A stretch of DNA of 64,000 bases from Candidatus Woesearchaeota archaeon (lineage in GTDB: Archaea; Nanobdellota; Nanobdellia; Pacearchaeales; GW2011-AR1): positions 20,930 to 84,929 of the forward strand of contig CAYTGG010000001.1 of assembly GCA_964437455.1 (NCBI GenBank), written 5' to 3'. A program made the position numbers and the translations under genes. Positions 36,685 through 46,714 of this stretch are shown piece by piece. The notes under the pieces are model-generated. The model saw only the letters and a list, made by a program, of their open reading frames with translations. It was not told the DNA's origin and did no database searches. Within the stretch, counting starts at the first letter, position 1, and each line of letters starts with the position of its first letter.

Positions 36685-38136
36685 TTAGTAACTCTTTCCT
36701 ATATAAACAAAATAATCTGCTTGTTTTCCACATATAATACACTTTTTATCTTTTATTTCTAATTGCTTTTCTGGAATATTTAAAGTCTTAGCTCCATTTA
36801 CCTTTTCTTTTATCAAATTCTCACATTCTGAATTTTTGCATAGAGGAGCAAGAGTTATCTTTTTACTATCAATTGCTTTTTTAACTTGTTCTAAAGTCTC
36901 ACATTTAACAATACTTTTTTCTAATAGATTTCTCGCTTTTTCATAAATTTCAGAATGAACCTCATTTAACAATTTAGGAATTTCTATCTTAAGATTTTTA
37001 ATCTTTATTTCTTTTTTATCTCCTGTTCTTTTCTTAACTATAACTTGATTTTTTTCAATATCTCTTGGGCCTATTTCTATTTGTAAAGGAATACCTTTTA
37101 ATTCCCATTCATTATATTTCCATCCAGGAGTAAATTCAGATCTATCATCTATAAAACAATCAAATTTGCTTAATTTTTTGTTTATCTCTTTTGCTTTTTC
37201 TAATATCCTTTTTTTAGTTTTATCAAATAAAATAGGAATTATAACTACTTTTTTTTCTGCTAATTTTGGAGGAATGACCAATCCTTTATTATCAGAATGT
37301 ATAGCAAACATAACTCCCAAAAGTCTAGTAGAGATAGCATAAGTTGATTGATAACAATATTGTTCTTTTTTATCTTTATCTAGAAACTTTATTCCATATG
37401 CTTTTGCGAAATTTTGTCCATCATCATGATAGTCAGGCCCTTGAATAGCTTTTCCATTAGGTAGTAATAATTCAAAGGAATAACTTGCTAAAGCTCCTGC
37501 AAATTTTTCTTTTTCTGTTTTTTTACCAAATAAGGAAGGAAGAGCCATATATTCTTCCATAATCTTTTTATATATTTTAGTTATTGCTATCTTATCTTTT
37601 TCTAAATCTTTTTTATTAGAATAAACATGATGTCCTTCATTCCATAAAAATTCTCTTGTTCTTAAAAAAGGAACTGGATGTCTAAACTCCCATCTTATTA
37701 CATTATTCCATTGATTTAATCTTAGAGGTAAATCTCTCCAGCTTCTTATCCATTTTTTATAAGAATCATACATTATTGCCTCACTAGTAGGGCGAATTGC
37801 AAGCTTTTCATTTAATTCTTTATCTCCAGTGTGAGTTATCCAAGCAACCTCAGGAGAAAAACCTTCTACATGTTCTTCTTCTTTAGATAAAAGAGATTCT
37901 GGAATAAGCAGAGGAAAATAACAATTTTTTATGTTTATTTTCTTAAACTCTTTATCAACTTTATTTTTTATTTCTTCCCATATAGAATATGACCTTGGTC
38001 TAAATACTATACATCCTGAGACTTTAGTATAATCTGCTAAATCAGATTTTAAAATTAATTGTTGATACCATTCGGAGAAATTTTCCTCTTTCTTTACTGT
38101 TATTCCTTCTTCTGAATTTTTATTTTTTTTAACCAT
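36685..38136 (-). CDS. proS: Prolyl-tRNA synthetase (archaeal/eukaryal type)
   Basis: Class II motifs, a C-terminal zinc-binding domain ending in ...CGKQADYFVYIGKSY (terminal Tyr typical of archaeal ProRS). Confidence 0.9.
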   Translation of the reverse strand: MVKKNKNSEEGITVKKEENFSEWYQQLILKSDLADYTKVSGCIVFRPRSYSIWEEIKNKVDKEFKKINIKNCYFPLLIPESLLSKEEEHVEGFSPEVAWITHTGDKELNEKLAIRPTSEAIMYDSYKKWIRSWRDLPLRLNQWNNVIRWEFRHPVPFLRTREFLWNEGHHVYSNKKDLEKDKIAITKIYKKIMEEYMALPSLFGKKTEKEKFAGALASYSFELLLPNGKAIQGPDYHDDGQNFAKAYGIKFLDKDKKEQYCYQSTYAISTRLLGVMFAIHSDNKGLVIPPKLAEKKVVIIPILFDKTKKRILEKAKEINKKLSKFDCFIDDRSEFTPGWKYNEWELKGIPLQIEIGPRDIEKNQVIVKKRTGDKKEIKIKNLKIEIPKLLNEVHSEIYEKARNLLEKSIVKCETLEQVKKAIDSKKITLAPLCKNSECENLIKEKVNGAKTLNIPEKQLEIKDKKCIICGKQADYFVYIGKSY

Positions 38137-38183
38137 AGAGAGATTAAGAAATTCTTATTTAAAATGGTTTGGTTAGTTTAATT

Positions 38184-39065
38184 CTAAATTAAAGTCTGTT
38201 CTAAAATCTCTTGAGAGATATTATTAACTGTTTCTTTAATATAATTTGATTCTAATGCAAATCCTAAACCCTCACTTTCACTCAGTTTAAAATTATTTAT
38301 TCCAATAACTTCTTTATTCTTGTTTATTAAAGGTCCTCCAGAATTTCCTGAATTAAGTTCTGCAGTTGTTTGAATATAAATATTTAATCCATTAGGGCCT
38401 ATTCTATTAGTAGCAGAAACTATTCCTTCTGAGACAGAAAATGATAATCCATAAGGATTTCCTATAGCAAGGACTTTCTCTGCTTGAATAATCTTATCAG
38501 AATCTGCTAATTTTAATTCAGGATAATCTTTCTCTATCTTTAATAATGCAATATCCATATTAATATCTTGTCCTATACTAGATACAGCATGCACTTTTCC
38601 ATCATAAGTATAAATTCCTGCTGCAGAAGCTCCTTTTAGAACATGATAATTTGTTATTAGATATCCTTCATCTGCTATAAAAAATCCACTTCCTTGTCCT
38701 ACATCTGTGCTAATAGTAACTACTGATTTTATTAATTCTTCTGTAATCTCTGAGAAATCTGAACTTACACTAGATTTTAATTTTATAAATTCTTCTCCAA
38801 GTTGAACAAACTCATTATCAATTGAACTTATCTCTGTGCTTAAAGTTCTTATATTCCTTTTATTCTCTAATAAATTTTCTGTTATCTCATTAAACTGATT
38901 TTGATTTTTAGTATTCATATCCTTTATAGCAGATTCAAGTTTATTGTAGCTTAATTGTAACTGTCCATATAATAAATAGATAAAAAGACTGTTTGATATG
39001 AGTAGTACTATAAGAAAAAAACTGAAACCTCCAATCATGATTTTATGATGTTTTTTTAATACCAT
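38184..39065 (-). CDS. Trypsin-like serine protease (S1/HtrA-like catalytic domain, no obvious PDZ) with N-terminal TM and coiled coil
   Basis: GNSGGPLINKNKEVIGIN (catalytic Ser), TNYHVL (His), DIALLKI (Asp). Confidence 0.8.
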   Translation of the reverse strand: MVLKKHHKIMIGGFSFFLIVLLISNSLFIYLLYGQLQLSYNKLESAIKDMNTKNQNQFNEITENLLENKRNIRTLSTEISSIDNEFVQLGEEFIKLKSSVSSDFSEITEELIKSVVTISTDVGQGSGFFIADEGYLITNYHVLKGASAAGIYTYDGKVHAVSSIGQDINMDIALLKIEKDYPELKLADSDKIIQAEKVLAIGNPYGLSFSVSEGIVSATNRIGPNGLNIYIQTTAELNSGNSGGPLINKNKEVIGINNFKLSESEGLGFALESNYIKETVNNISQEILEQTLI

Positions 39066-39127
39066 TTCAACTCTTTTTTAAAATGAGAACCTTAAACTAT
39101 AAAAATATAACTATCTTTTAATATTTT

Positions 39128-39199
39128 AGGCTGATAGTTTAATGGATAGAATCACAGGTTTCGGCCCTGTTGATGGGGGTTCGAATCCCTCTCAGCCTG
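39128..39199 (+). tRNA. tRNA-Arg(UCG) candidate
   Basis: AGGCTGA-TA-GTTT-AATGGATA-GAAT-C-ACAGG-TTTCGGC-CCTGT-TGAT-GGGGG-TTCGAAT-CCCTC-TCAGCCT-G; the D-stem depends on G-U pairs. Confidence 0.6.
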
Positions 39200-39207
39200 T
39201 TTTTCAT

Positions 39208-39366
39208 AATCTTTTTAGAATTATCTAGAATTATTTAGAATTATCTCAGAATTATCTCATAATCTTTTTAGAATTATCTTAGAATTATCTTAGAATTATC
39301 TCATAATCTTTTTAGAATTATCTCATAATCTTTTTAGAATTATCTCAGAATTATCTCAGAATTATC
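39208..39366. repeat. Complex tandem minisatellite of 11-nt units (AGAATTATCT(C/T)) interleaved with CATAATCTTTTT, about 14 units
   Basis: Directly readable; starts 9 nt after tRNA-Arg(UCG); no spacers, so not CRISPR. Confidence 0.8.
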
Positions 39367-39751
39367 TATCTTCATATATTGGAAGATTAACTACTTTTCC
39401 TGCAACTAGTTCTTTTCCATTATTAAATCTATGTTGAATATAAGGATAAATTTCATCTGCTCTTATAGTTTTTAATTTATTAAATTTTTTTTGTAAATCT
39501 TTTGCATATTCTAAATAAGTGTCGTTTTTTTCAATATTCTTTCTTTCTGTTCCTACATAATCTTCTAAAATCTCTGATGCTTTTGGAGAGATAGTTGACA
39601 TCCTTTCTGATAAAACTTCTTCTAATTTAGTAGATTTTTTATTTTTGTCAGGAAAAACATTTTTAGGAAAAAAATTCTCAAGATTATCACATCCAGCTAT
39701 TGCTAAAAGAACTAATATTGAACTTGCATAATCTGTTATTCTTTTTTTCAT
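39362..39751 (-). CDS. Putative lipoprotein (lipobox LAIAGC), hypothetical
   Basis: MKKRITDYASSILVLLAIAGCDNL has a signal peptide plus lipobox Cys. Confidence 0.4.
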   Translation of the reverse strand: MKKRITDYASSILVLLAIAGCDNLENFFPKNVFPDKNKKSTKLEEVLSERMSTISPKASEILEDYVGTERKNIEKNDTYLEYAKDLQKKFNKLKTIRADEIYPYIQHRFNNGKELVAGKVVNLPIYEDR

Positions 39752-39866
39752 ATAATTTTAAGAAAATGTTATTTTATAAATCTTTCTATTTGTTACTACT
39801 ACTTAGAGAATAAGTTTTCCTTTTTATTATCATTAGTTTTTTATACTAATTTCTTTTTTTATTTTT

Positions 39867-41147
39867 ATGAATTCCAAAATTGAATTTGGAGATAAAGTTA
39901 GAATTATTCTTGCAAAAGAGGAATATGAAGGAATTCTATTAGAATCTCCAAAATCTGAGAAGAATCTTGTTCTTTTAAAATTGGATTCAGGATATAATAT
40001 AGGATTTGATAAGAAAAAAATTTTTAATATAGAATTAATAAAAAAAAGAGAATTAGAAGAAGAAGTTCTAAATATAAAGAAAGATTCTTCAAAGCCAAAT
40101 ATAGCAATGATTATTACAGGAGGAACTATCGCATCTCGTTATGATTCAAAAACTGGAGGAGTCCGTCCTTTGGATACTCCTGAATCTCTTTTTAAATTTT
40201 ATCCTGAAATTTTTGAGAAAGTTAATGTTTTAAAAGTTGAAATTCCATTTATGAAAGCTTCTGAGGATATAGAATTTAAAGATTGGAAAAAGATTGCTAA
40301 ATTAACTGCAGAACTTTTAAATGATTTTAATATTAAAGGAGTTATTATTACACATGGAACTGATTTTCTTCATTATACTGCAGCTGCTTTATCTTTTTTC
40401 TTAAGAGATTTAAATAAGCCAGTTGTTTTAACTTATTCCCAGAGAAGTATTGATAGAGCAAGTAGTGATGCTAATCTTAATCTGCAATGTTCTGCTCTTG
40501 CAGCTATTTCAGATATAGCAGAAGTTATGCTAGTAGGACATGCTTCTACAAACGATAATTTTTGTTATGCTATTCCTGGAACTAAAGTAAGAAAAATGCA
40601 TACATCAAGAAGAGATGCATTTAAACCAATAAATTCTTCTCCCCTTGCTAAAATTTATCAAGATAGAATTGAGAAAATCTCAAAACATAAAATTAGAAAT
40701 AAAAATAAAATTAAAGTAGATGCTAAATATAATGAGAAAGTTGCTCTAATAAAATTTTATCCAGGACAGAATCCAAAAATTCTAGATTATTATTTAAAGG
40801 AAAAATACAAGGGAATTGTTATTGAAATGTCTGGTCTAGGACATGTTAATACAAAGACTACAGGAAGTTCTTGGATTAAAAAATTAAAAGAAATTCAGAA
40901 TAAAGGAGTAATTGTATGTGCGACTTCTCAATGCATTTATGGAAGAGTGAATCCTTTAGTTTATTCTAATGGAAGAAAAGTGTTAGAAACAGGAGTTATT
41001 TATTTAGAGGATATGCTTTCAGAAACAGCATTAGTAAAACTTGGATGGATCTTAGGACATAAGGAATGGATAAAAGATAAGAAGAAAATAAAAGAAAAAA
41101 TGTTAGAGAATATTTCTAATGAGATAAATGAGAGATTAAAAGAATAA
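39867..41147 (+). CDS. gatD: Glutamyl-tRNA(Gln) amidotransferase subunit D (GatD)
   Basis: N-terminal GatD-specific domain, then an asparaginase-like domain (IAMIITGGTIASRYDSKTGG ... HGTDFLHYTAAAL); 426 aa. Confidence 0.85.
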   Translation: MNSKIEFGDKVRIILAKEEYEGILLESPKSEKNLVLLKLDSGYNIGFDKKKIFNIELIKKRELEEEVLNIKKDSSKPNIAMIITGGTIASRYDSKTGGVRPLDTPESLFKFYPEIFEKVNVLKVEIPFMKASEDIEFKDWKKIAKLTAELLNDFNIKGVIITHGTDFLHYTAAALSFFLRDLNKPVVLTYSQRSIDRASSDANLNLQCSALAAISDIAEVMLVGHASTNDNFCYAIPGTKVRKMHTSRRDAFKPINSSPLAKIYQDRIEKISKHKIRNKNKIKVDAKYNEKVALIKFYPGQNPKILDYYLKEKYKGIVIEMSGLGHVNTKTTGSSWIKKLKEIQNKGVIVCATSQCIYGRVNPLVYSNGRKVLETGVIYLEDMLSETALVKLGWILGHKEWIKDKKKIKEKMLENISNEINERLKE

Positions 41148-41537
41148 TTATCTTCTTTTTTCTAGTAATTTTTTTATTTCTCTAATTTCTTTTTCTGCTT
41201 TTCTGTTTAAAGCATAATCATATTCAGATCTGATTCTATCTCTTTGTGCTTGTCTATTCTGACTCATTAAGATTACTGGTGCTTGAAGTGCTGCTAAACA
41301 AGATAAACATAAATTCAGAATTATAAATGGCCAAGGATCCCAATGTTCAACATAAGCAGTTATATTCAGATAAATCCAAATTGAAATTAGTACTCCTATA
41401 AATATAATAAAAGACCAACTTCCTGCCCATTTAGTAAGTCCATCTGCTGCTTTCTGTCCAAAGGTCCTTGGAATTTTAAGAATAACAGGAATTTCTTCAT
41501 GCTTCCTCTTTTTTTCTCTTTTTTTTATCATCTTCAA
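41148..41537 (-). CDS. DUF1003-family membrane protein
   Basis: TKWAGSWSFIIFIGVLISIWIYLN...PWPFIILNLCLSCLAALQAPVILMSQNRQAQRDRIR is the typical DUF1003 core. Confidence 0.6.
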   Translation of the reverse strand: MKMIKKREKKRKHEEIPVILKIPRTFGQKAADGLTKWAGSWSFIIFIGVLISIWIYLNITAYVEHWDPWPFIILNLCLSCLAALQAPVILMSQNRQAQRDRIRSEYDYALNRKAEKEIREIKKLLEKRR

Positions 41538-41655
41538 CTTTTTATTATTAAATAAATAAGATTGTTTCTATTTTTATAATTATCTAATAGTAATTTTAAA
41601 TTTTACTGATATTCTTTTTAATAAATTTTATTAACTCTCTTTCTCTTTTTAAATA

Positions 41656-43095
41656 ATGGAAAAAGAAGAATATACAAAATTAGGTTTTAAATGTGGACTA
41701 GAAATTCATCAACAATTAGACACTAATAAACTTTTTTGTTCTTGTCCTTCTGTTTTAAGAAGTGATAATCCAGATTATACTGTAGAAAGAAGACTTCATG
41801 CTATTGCTGGAGAATCAGGAGAAATAGATATAGCTGCTAAACATGAAGCTGAATTAGGAAAAAAGTTCTTTTATCAAGGATATGATACTACTTGCCTTGT
41901 TGAATTAGATGAAGAACCTCCTCATAAATTAAATAGAGAAGCATTAGAAATAACTTTACAAATATCAATTTTTCTTAAAGCTAAAATCTCTTCTTTTAGC
42001 CAAATTATGAGAAAGACAGTTATAGATGGAAGTAATACTACTGGATTTCAAAGAACTGTTTTAATAGCAAAAAATGGATATATTGAGACTAGTCAAGGAA
42101 AAGTAAAGATTGAAAGTATTTGTCTAGAAGAAGATGCTGCTAGAATTATAGAAAGAGATAAAGATAAAGTTATTTATCGTCTTGATAGACTAGGAATTCC
42201 TCTAGTTGAAATAACTACTTCTTCAGATATAAAGAATCCTGAACAAGCAAAAGAGGTAGCATTACTTCTTGGAAATATTCTGAGAAGTTGTAAAGTAAAG
42301 AGAGGAATAGGAACAATAAGACAAGATGTAAATATATCCATTAAAGGACATCCAAGAGTAGAACTTAAAGGAGTTCAGAATATGAAGACTTTTATAAAAA
42401 CAATAGAAAATGAAGTTGAGAGACAAAAAAATAATATCAAAATTAAAAGATTATTCTCTGAAGTAAGAAGAGTAAATATAGATAGTAATTCAGAATTTTT
42501 AAGACCGGTTCCTGGAGCAGCGAGAATGTATCCTGAAACAGATTTGCCTTTATTAAAAATTTCTAGAAAATTGATAGATAATGCTAAAAAGAATCTTCCT
42601 GAGTTGAGAACAGATATAGAGGATGAATTGAAGCAAAAAGGATTGAATTCTGAAATGATTAAACTTCTTCTAAAACAGAATAAACTTGAAGAGTTTAAAC
42701 AACTTTTAGAGATAATTCCTAAACCAAAATTAATTGCTAAGATTCTTTTAATTTTTCCAAAAGAAATATCAAGTCATAAGAAAATTTCAATAGAGAGGAT
42801 AAATAAGATTCTAGAAGAACAAATTTTTGATGTTTTATCTTTAGTTAAAAAAGAAAAAATTTCTGAGTCTCAAATTAAACATATTTTAGAAGAGATTATT
42901 GAAGGGAAAAATTTAGAAGAAGCAGTGAAAAATGAAGAAGTTGATATGCTAGATGTAGAGGAAAGGATTTTAAGAATAATTAAGAGTAAACAAGGACTTT
43001 CTGAAAAAGCTTATATGGGTTTGGTTATGAAAGAACTAAAAGGAAAGATAGATGGTAAAAAAGCTTTTGAAATTATAAAAAAATATCTTAAATAG
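41656..43095 (+). CDS. gatE: Glutamyl-tRNA(Gln) amidotransferase subunit E-type (GatE/GatB family; short, 479 aa)
   Basis: LGFKCGLEIHQQLDTNKLFCSCPS (GatE-style GLEIHQQL), LVELDEEPP, ICLEEDAARI, GIPLVEIT; the GatD partner is nearby. The length is closer to GatB, so the subtype is unsure. Confidence 0.7.
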   Translation: MEKEEYTKLGFKCGLEIHQQLDTNKLFCSCPSVLRSDNPDYTVERRLHAIAGESGEIDIAAKHEAELGKKFFYQGYDTTCLVELDEEPPHKLNREALEITLQISIFLKAKISSFSQIMRKTVIDGSNTTGFQRTVLIAKNGYIETSQGKVKIESICLEEDAARIIERDKDKVIYRLDRLGIPLVEITTSSDIKNPEQAKEVALLLGNILRSCKVKRGIGTIRQDVNISIKGHPRVELKGVQNMKTFIKTIENEVERQKNNIKIKRLFSEVRRVNIDSNSEFLRPVPGAARMYPETDLPLLKISRKLIDNAKKNLPELRTDIEDELKQKGLNSEMIKLLLKQNKLEEFKQLLEIIPKPKLIAKILLIFPKEISSHKKISIERINKILEEQIFDVLSLVKKEKISESQIKHILEEIIEGKNLEEAVKNEEVDMLDVEERILRIIKSKQGLSEKAYMGLVMKELKGKIDGKKAFEIIKKYLK

Positions 43096-43140
43096 GAATT
43101 TTAACCAAAAATTAATAAAGAGTATTTTTATTTTATTATT

Positions 43141-43449
43141 ATGAGTCCAACAACTATAAGAGGAATTATTAAAACATCTATTGTTACTGCATTTACTATT
43201 ACAGCTGCGTTAATCTGGAAAGAGGTTTTTTCAGAAACTATACATTTATTTTTTCCTCAAAGTACTCTTTTTTATGAATTTTTAGGAGCTGTAATTATAA
43301 CTATTTTTGTTATAATTGCTATATATATAACTCTAAAAACTGAACATGAAGCTGGAGTGATTCTTGAGGGTATAAAAAGAATGAATAAAAATAAAAGAAA
43401 ACAGATTATCAAAGAAATTGAAAAAAATAGAAAGAAAAATATAAAATAA
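43141..43449 (+). CDS. Small 2-TM membrane protein with basic tail, hypothetical
   Basis: 102 aa. Confidence 0.3.
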   Translation: MSPTTIRGIIKTSIVTAFTITAALIWKEVFSETIHLFFPQSTLFYEFLGAVIITIFVIIAIYITLKTEHEAGVILEGIKRMNKNKRKQIIKEIEKNRKKNIK

Positions 43450-43501
43450 ACTGAAGAAAAATAACCAAAACTTAATAAATAATATTCTTCTTTAAATAAA
43501 T

Positions 43502-44773
43502 ATGAAAAGAACTTATATTAATGAACTAAATATTGGAAAAGAAATTTTATTAAAAGGATGGGTTCATGAGATTAGAGAATTGGCTAAATTAAAATTTATT
43601 CTAATTAGAGATTGTACCGGAGTTGTTCAAACTGTTTTTAAAAGTAAAGAACTTATAGATAAAATTTCTAATCTTAGTTTAGAAAGTATAGTTGAAATAA
43701 CTGGAATAGTTAAAAAAGCAAAGATTAAAGCAGATCTTGCAGAAAAAAACTTTGAAATTGAAGTTTCAGATATTAAAATTTTAAATAAAGCAGAAAAGAC
43801 TCCAATTCATGTTAATGAAAAGACAACTATTACAGACTTATCAAAAAGATTGGATTATCGTTCTCTTGATTTGAGAAAACCAAAAATTTCAGCTATCTTT
43901 AAAATTCAGTCAGAAATTGCAAAGTATTTTAGAGAATATTTTAATAAAAAAAATTTTACAGAAGTTTTTCTTCCAAGCATTATTTCAAATTCAAGTGAAG
44001 GAGGAACTGATTTATTTTCTGTTAATTATTTTGAAAAAAAAGCATATCTTGCTCAGAGTCCTCAGTTATATAAGCAAATGATGGCTTGTTCTATTGAAAA
44101 TGTTTTTACTATATCTCCTGTTTGGAGAGCTGAGAAACATAATACAATTAGACATCTGAATGAATCTCGGCAAATGGATATTGAGATGGCTTTTTCTAAT
44201 CAGTTTTCTGTTATGAAGGAACTTGAGAAAGCTGTTGTTTATATTGTTAAAAATATTTTAAAAAGCTGTGAAAAAGAGATTAAATTACTTAATTTAAATC
44301 TGGAAATTCCAAAAGCTAAATATCTAAGTTATGACGAAACTGTTAAAATTTTAAATATGAAATACGGAGAAGATTTAACTCCTGAAGATGAGAAAACTCT
44401 TAATAAAAAATTTCCAAATTCATTAGTCTTTGTTCATTCCTGGCCTGTTGAACTTAAACCATTTTATATTATGCCCAAAAATGAAAATATTAATGCGAAA
44501 TTAAGCGAGGGTTTTGATTGTATTTATAGGGGTTTAGAAATAACTTCTGGAGGACAAAGAATTCATATTCCTCAATTACTTGAAGAAATGTTGAAAAAAA
44601 AGAAGTTAAATCCTAAGGATTTTAAAGATTATATTGATAGTTTTAGATTTGGAAGTCCACCTCATGCTGGTTGGAGTATTGGTCTTGAGAGAATCACTCA
44701 GTTAATTACTGAGCAGAAAAATATAAGGGAGGCTTGTATTTTTCCAAGAGATAGAACAAGAGTAAGTCCATAA
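43502..44773 (+). CDS. aspS: Aspartyl-tRNA synthetase (class IIb, archaeal type)
   Basis: LAQSPQLYKQ (AspRS QSPQ motif), QMDIEMAF, motif 3 GSPPHAGWSIGLERI, FPRDRTRVSP. Confidence 0.85.
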   Translation: MKRTYINELNIGKEILLKGWVHEIRELAKLKFILIRDCTGVVQTVFKSKELIDKISNLSLESIVEITGIVKKAKIKADLAEKNFEIEVSDIKILNKAEKTPIHVNEKTTITDLSKRLDYRSLDLRKPKISAIFKIQSEIAKYFREYFNKKNFTEVFLPSIISNSSEGGTDLFSVNYFEKKAYLAQSPQLYKQMMACSIENVFTISPVWRAEKHNTIRHLNESRQMDIEMAFSNQFSVMKELEKAVVYIVKNILKSCEKEIKLLNLNLEIPKAKYLSYDETVKILNMKYGEDLTPEDEKTLNKKFPNSLVFVHSWPVELKPFYIMPKNENINAKLSEGFDCIYRGLEITSGGQRIHIPQLLEEMLKKKKLNPKDFKDYIDSFRFGSPPHAGWSIGLERITQLITEQKNIREACIFPRDRTRVSP

Positions 44774-44807
44774 TGCTTATGTATCTTTTTTTAAAATAAT
44801 ATTTTTA

Positions 44808-45386
44808 ATGAATTCAGTAAAATTATCTTTAAATAAAATATTACATAAAAAACAGGAATATGTTAAGTTAATTTCTAATGAATTGGGTTTTGAAATAACT
44901 GGATTAGAGCATAAAATTTCTACAGATACCTGCTTTGAAAAAGCAAAGTTATTAGGATGGAAAACAAATCGGATTATAAAAGCAATTTATCTGAGTAATA
45001 GGATAGAGAGATATGGATTTATATTTCCGGAATTAGGAGAAGGAATATCTCCTCAGAGAATTTCTACAGAGAATCTTTCAGAATTGTTAGGAATATCAAA
45101 AAAGAAAGCAAAAAGTTTCTGTAATATTGATTGTCCTGAAGGAATGGAATGGGGGACTTGCACTCCTTTTGTTTTTGATAACGCTTTTGATAATAATTTG
45201 GATGGAAAATTAAATCAGCTCTTTTATCATAATTTTGATTCTTTAAATTGTGAAAATGTTGATATCTCTATTGGAGGTTTTGGTGAAAGAGCTCATAGGA
45301 TCTCTCTTCATTTGCAATATAAAGGAATTTACGAAATATTGAAATATAAATTTGGAGATAAGATTACTAAAACAGAATTATTTTAA
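44808..45386 (+). CDS. Possible YbaK/ProX-like aminoacyl-tRNA deacylase (trans-editing) domain protein
   Basis: Weak resemblance (GTCTPFVFDN..., DISIGGFGER) to the YbaK Gly-rich and deacylase blocks; sits between aspS and asnS. Confidence 0.3.
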   Translation: MNSVKLSLNKILHKKQEYVKLISNELGFEITGLEHKISTDTCFEKAKLLGWKTNRIIKAIYLSNRIERYGFIFPELGEGISPQRISTENLSELLGISKKKAKSFCNIDCPEGMEWGTCTPFVFDNAFDNNLDGKLNQLFYHNFDSLNCENVDISIGGFGERAHRISLHLQYKGIYEILKYKFGDKITKTELF

Positions 45387-45420
45387 AAACATTTAAAAAA
45401 AACACTTCCTCTAACTTAAT

Positions 45421-46713
45421 ATGGAATTTATCTCTATTGAAGAAGCAATTAATAAAAAAAAAGGTAATGTAGCTGTAAGAGGATGGGTGTATAGAGAGAG
45501 AGGAAGTAATGAAATTAAATTTATTGTTCTTAGAGATTCAACAGGAATTGTACAGTGTGTTTTATCTAAGAAAAAATTTGAATCACAGTGGGAAGAAATT
45601 GATAAACTTCATATAGAAAGTTCTATTGAGATTTATGGAAAAATAAAAGAAGATAAAAGAGCTCCTACAGGATATGAAATCGAAGTTGATAAAATAAACA
45701 TTATTGGAAAAGCAGAAGAGTTTCCTATTCAAAAAGATTTGAATGAGGAGCTTTTAGGAGATAGAAGACATCTTTGGTTGAGAAGTCAAAAAATGAATTC
45801 TATTCTTAAAATAAGAAGTACTGTTTTTGGAGCTCTACATGAATATTTTAGAAGTAAAGGTTTTTATGAGTTTCAGAGTCCAATAATAATTCCTGGAGGT
45901 GCAGAAGAAGGACCTACTTTATTTGAAATTAATTATTTTGGGAAAAAGATGTATCTAACTCAGACATGGCAGTTATATGCTGAAGCTGCAATTTATTCTT
46001 TAGAAAAAGTTTATTGTATAGCTCCTTCTTTTAGAGCTGAAAAATCAAAAACTTCTCGCCATCTTACTGAATATTGGCACACTGAAATGGAAGTTGCTTG
46101 GGCAAATCTAGACGATATTATGAATTATGCTGAAGAGATGGTTAAATTTGTCTTGAAGAAAGTTTTAGAGAAAAATAAAAAAGAATTGAAAATTCTGAAA
46201 AGAGATATCAAAAGATTAGAACCTTCTCTTAAAAAGAAATTTTCTAGAATAACCTATGATGAAGCATTAAAACTTCTTAAAGAAAAGAAAAAAATAAATA
46301 TTAAATGGGGAAAAGATTTGAGAACAATAGAAGAAGAGAAGCTTATGGAACTTTATGATACTCCTATCTTTGTTACTTCTTATCCTAAAGAAATAATGGC
46401 TTTTTATAAACCAAGAGATTCGAAAAATCCTAAAACAGCTCGTTGTTTTGATATGCTTGCTCCTGAAGCAAATGGAGAGTTAGTTGGAGGAAGTGAAAGA
46501 GATATTAATTTAGATGAGCTTAAAGAGGCTCTAAAATCAAAAGGAGAAAACTTAGAAGATTATTCATACTATTTTGAAACACATTCTTATGGGGCTGTTC
46601 TCCATGGAGGTTATGGTTTAGGAACTGAGAGATTAATAAAATGGATTTGTGGTTTGGATACAATAAAAGATGCAATTCCATTTCCAAGAACTGTTAGCAG
46701 AATGAAACCTTAA
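45421..46713 (+). CDS. asnS: Asparaginyl-tRNA synthetase (class IIb)
   Basis: LTQTWQLYAEAA and TEYWHTEMEVAW (AsnRS-type rather than the AspRS QSPQ/QLDxEM), motif 3 HGGYGLGTERLIKWI, IPFPR. Confidence 0.75.
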   Translation: MEFISIEEAINKKKGNVAVRGWVYRERGSNEIKFIVLRDSTGIVQCVLSKKKFESQWEEIDKLHIESSIEIYGKIKEDKRAPTGYEIEVDKINIIGKAEEFPIQKDLNEELLGDRRHLWLRSQKMNSILKIRSTVFGALHEYFRSKGFYEFQSPIIIPGGAEEGPTLFEINYFGKKMYLTQTWQLYAEAAIYSLEKVYCIAPSFRAEKSKTSRHLTEYWHTEMEVAWANLDDIMNYAEEMVKFVLKKVLEKNKKELKILKRDIKRLEPSLKKKFSRITYDEALKLLKEKKKINIKWGKDLRTIEEEKLMELYDTPIFVTSYPKEIMAFYKPRDSKNPKTARCFDMLAPEANGELVGGSERDINLDELKEALKSKGENLEDYSYYFETHSYGAVLHGGYGLGTERLIKWICGLDTIKDAIPFPRTVSRMKP

Positions 46714-46714
46714 A

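Noticed and set aside
39208-39366. Possible CRISPR array
   Set aside because: Units are only 11 nt (22 nt higher-order) with no unique spacers; this is a minisatellite, not CRISPR.
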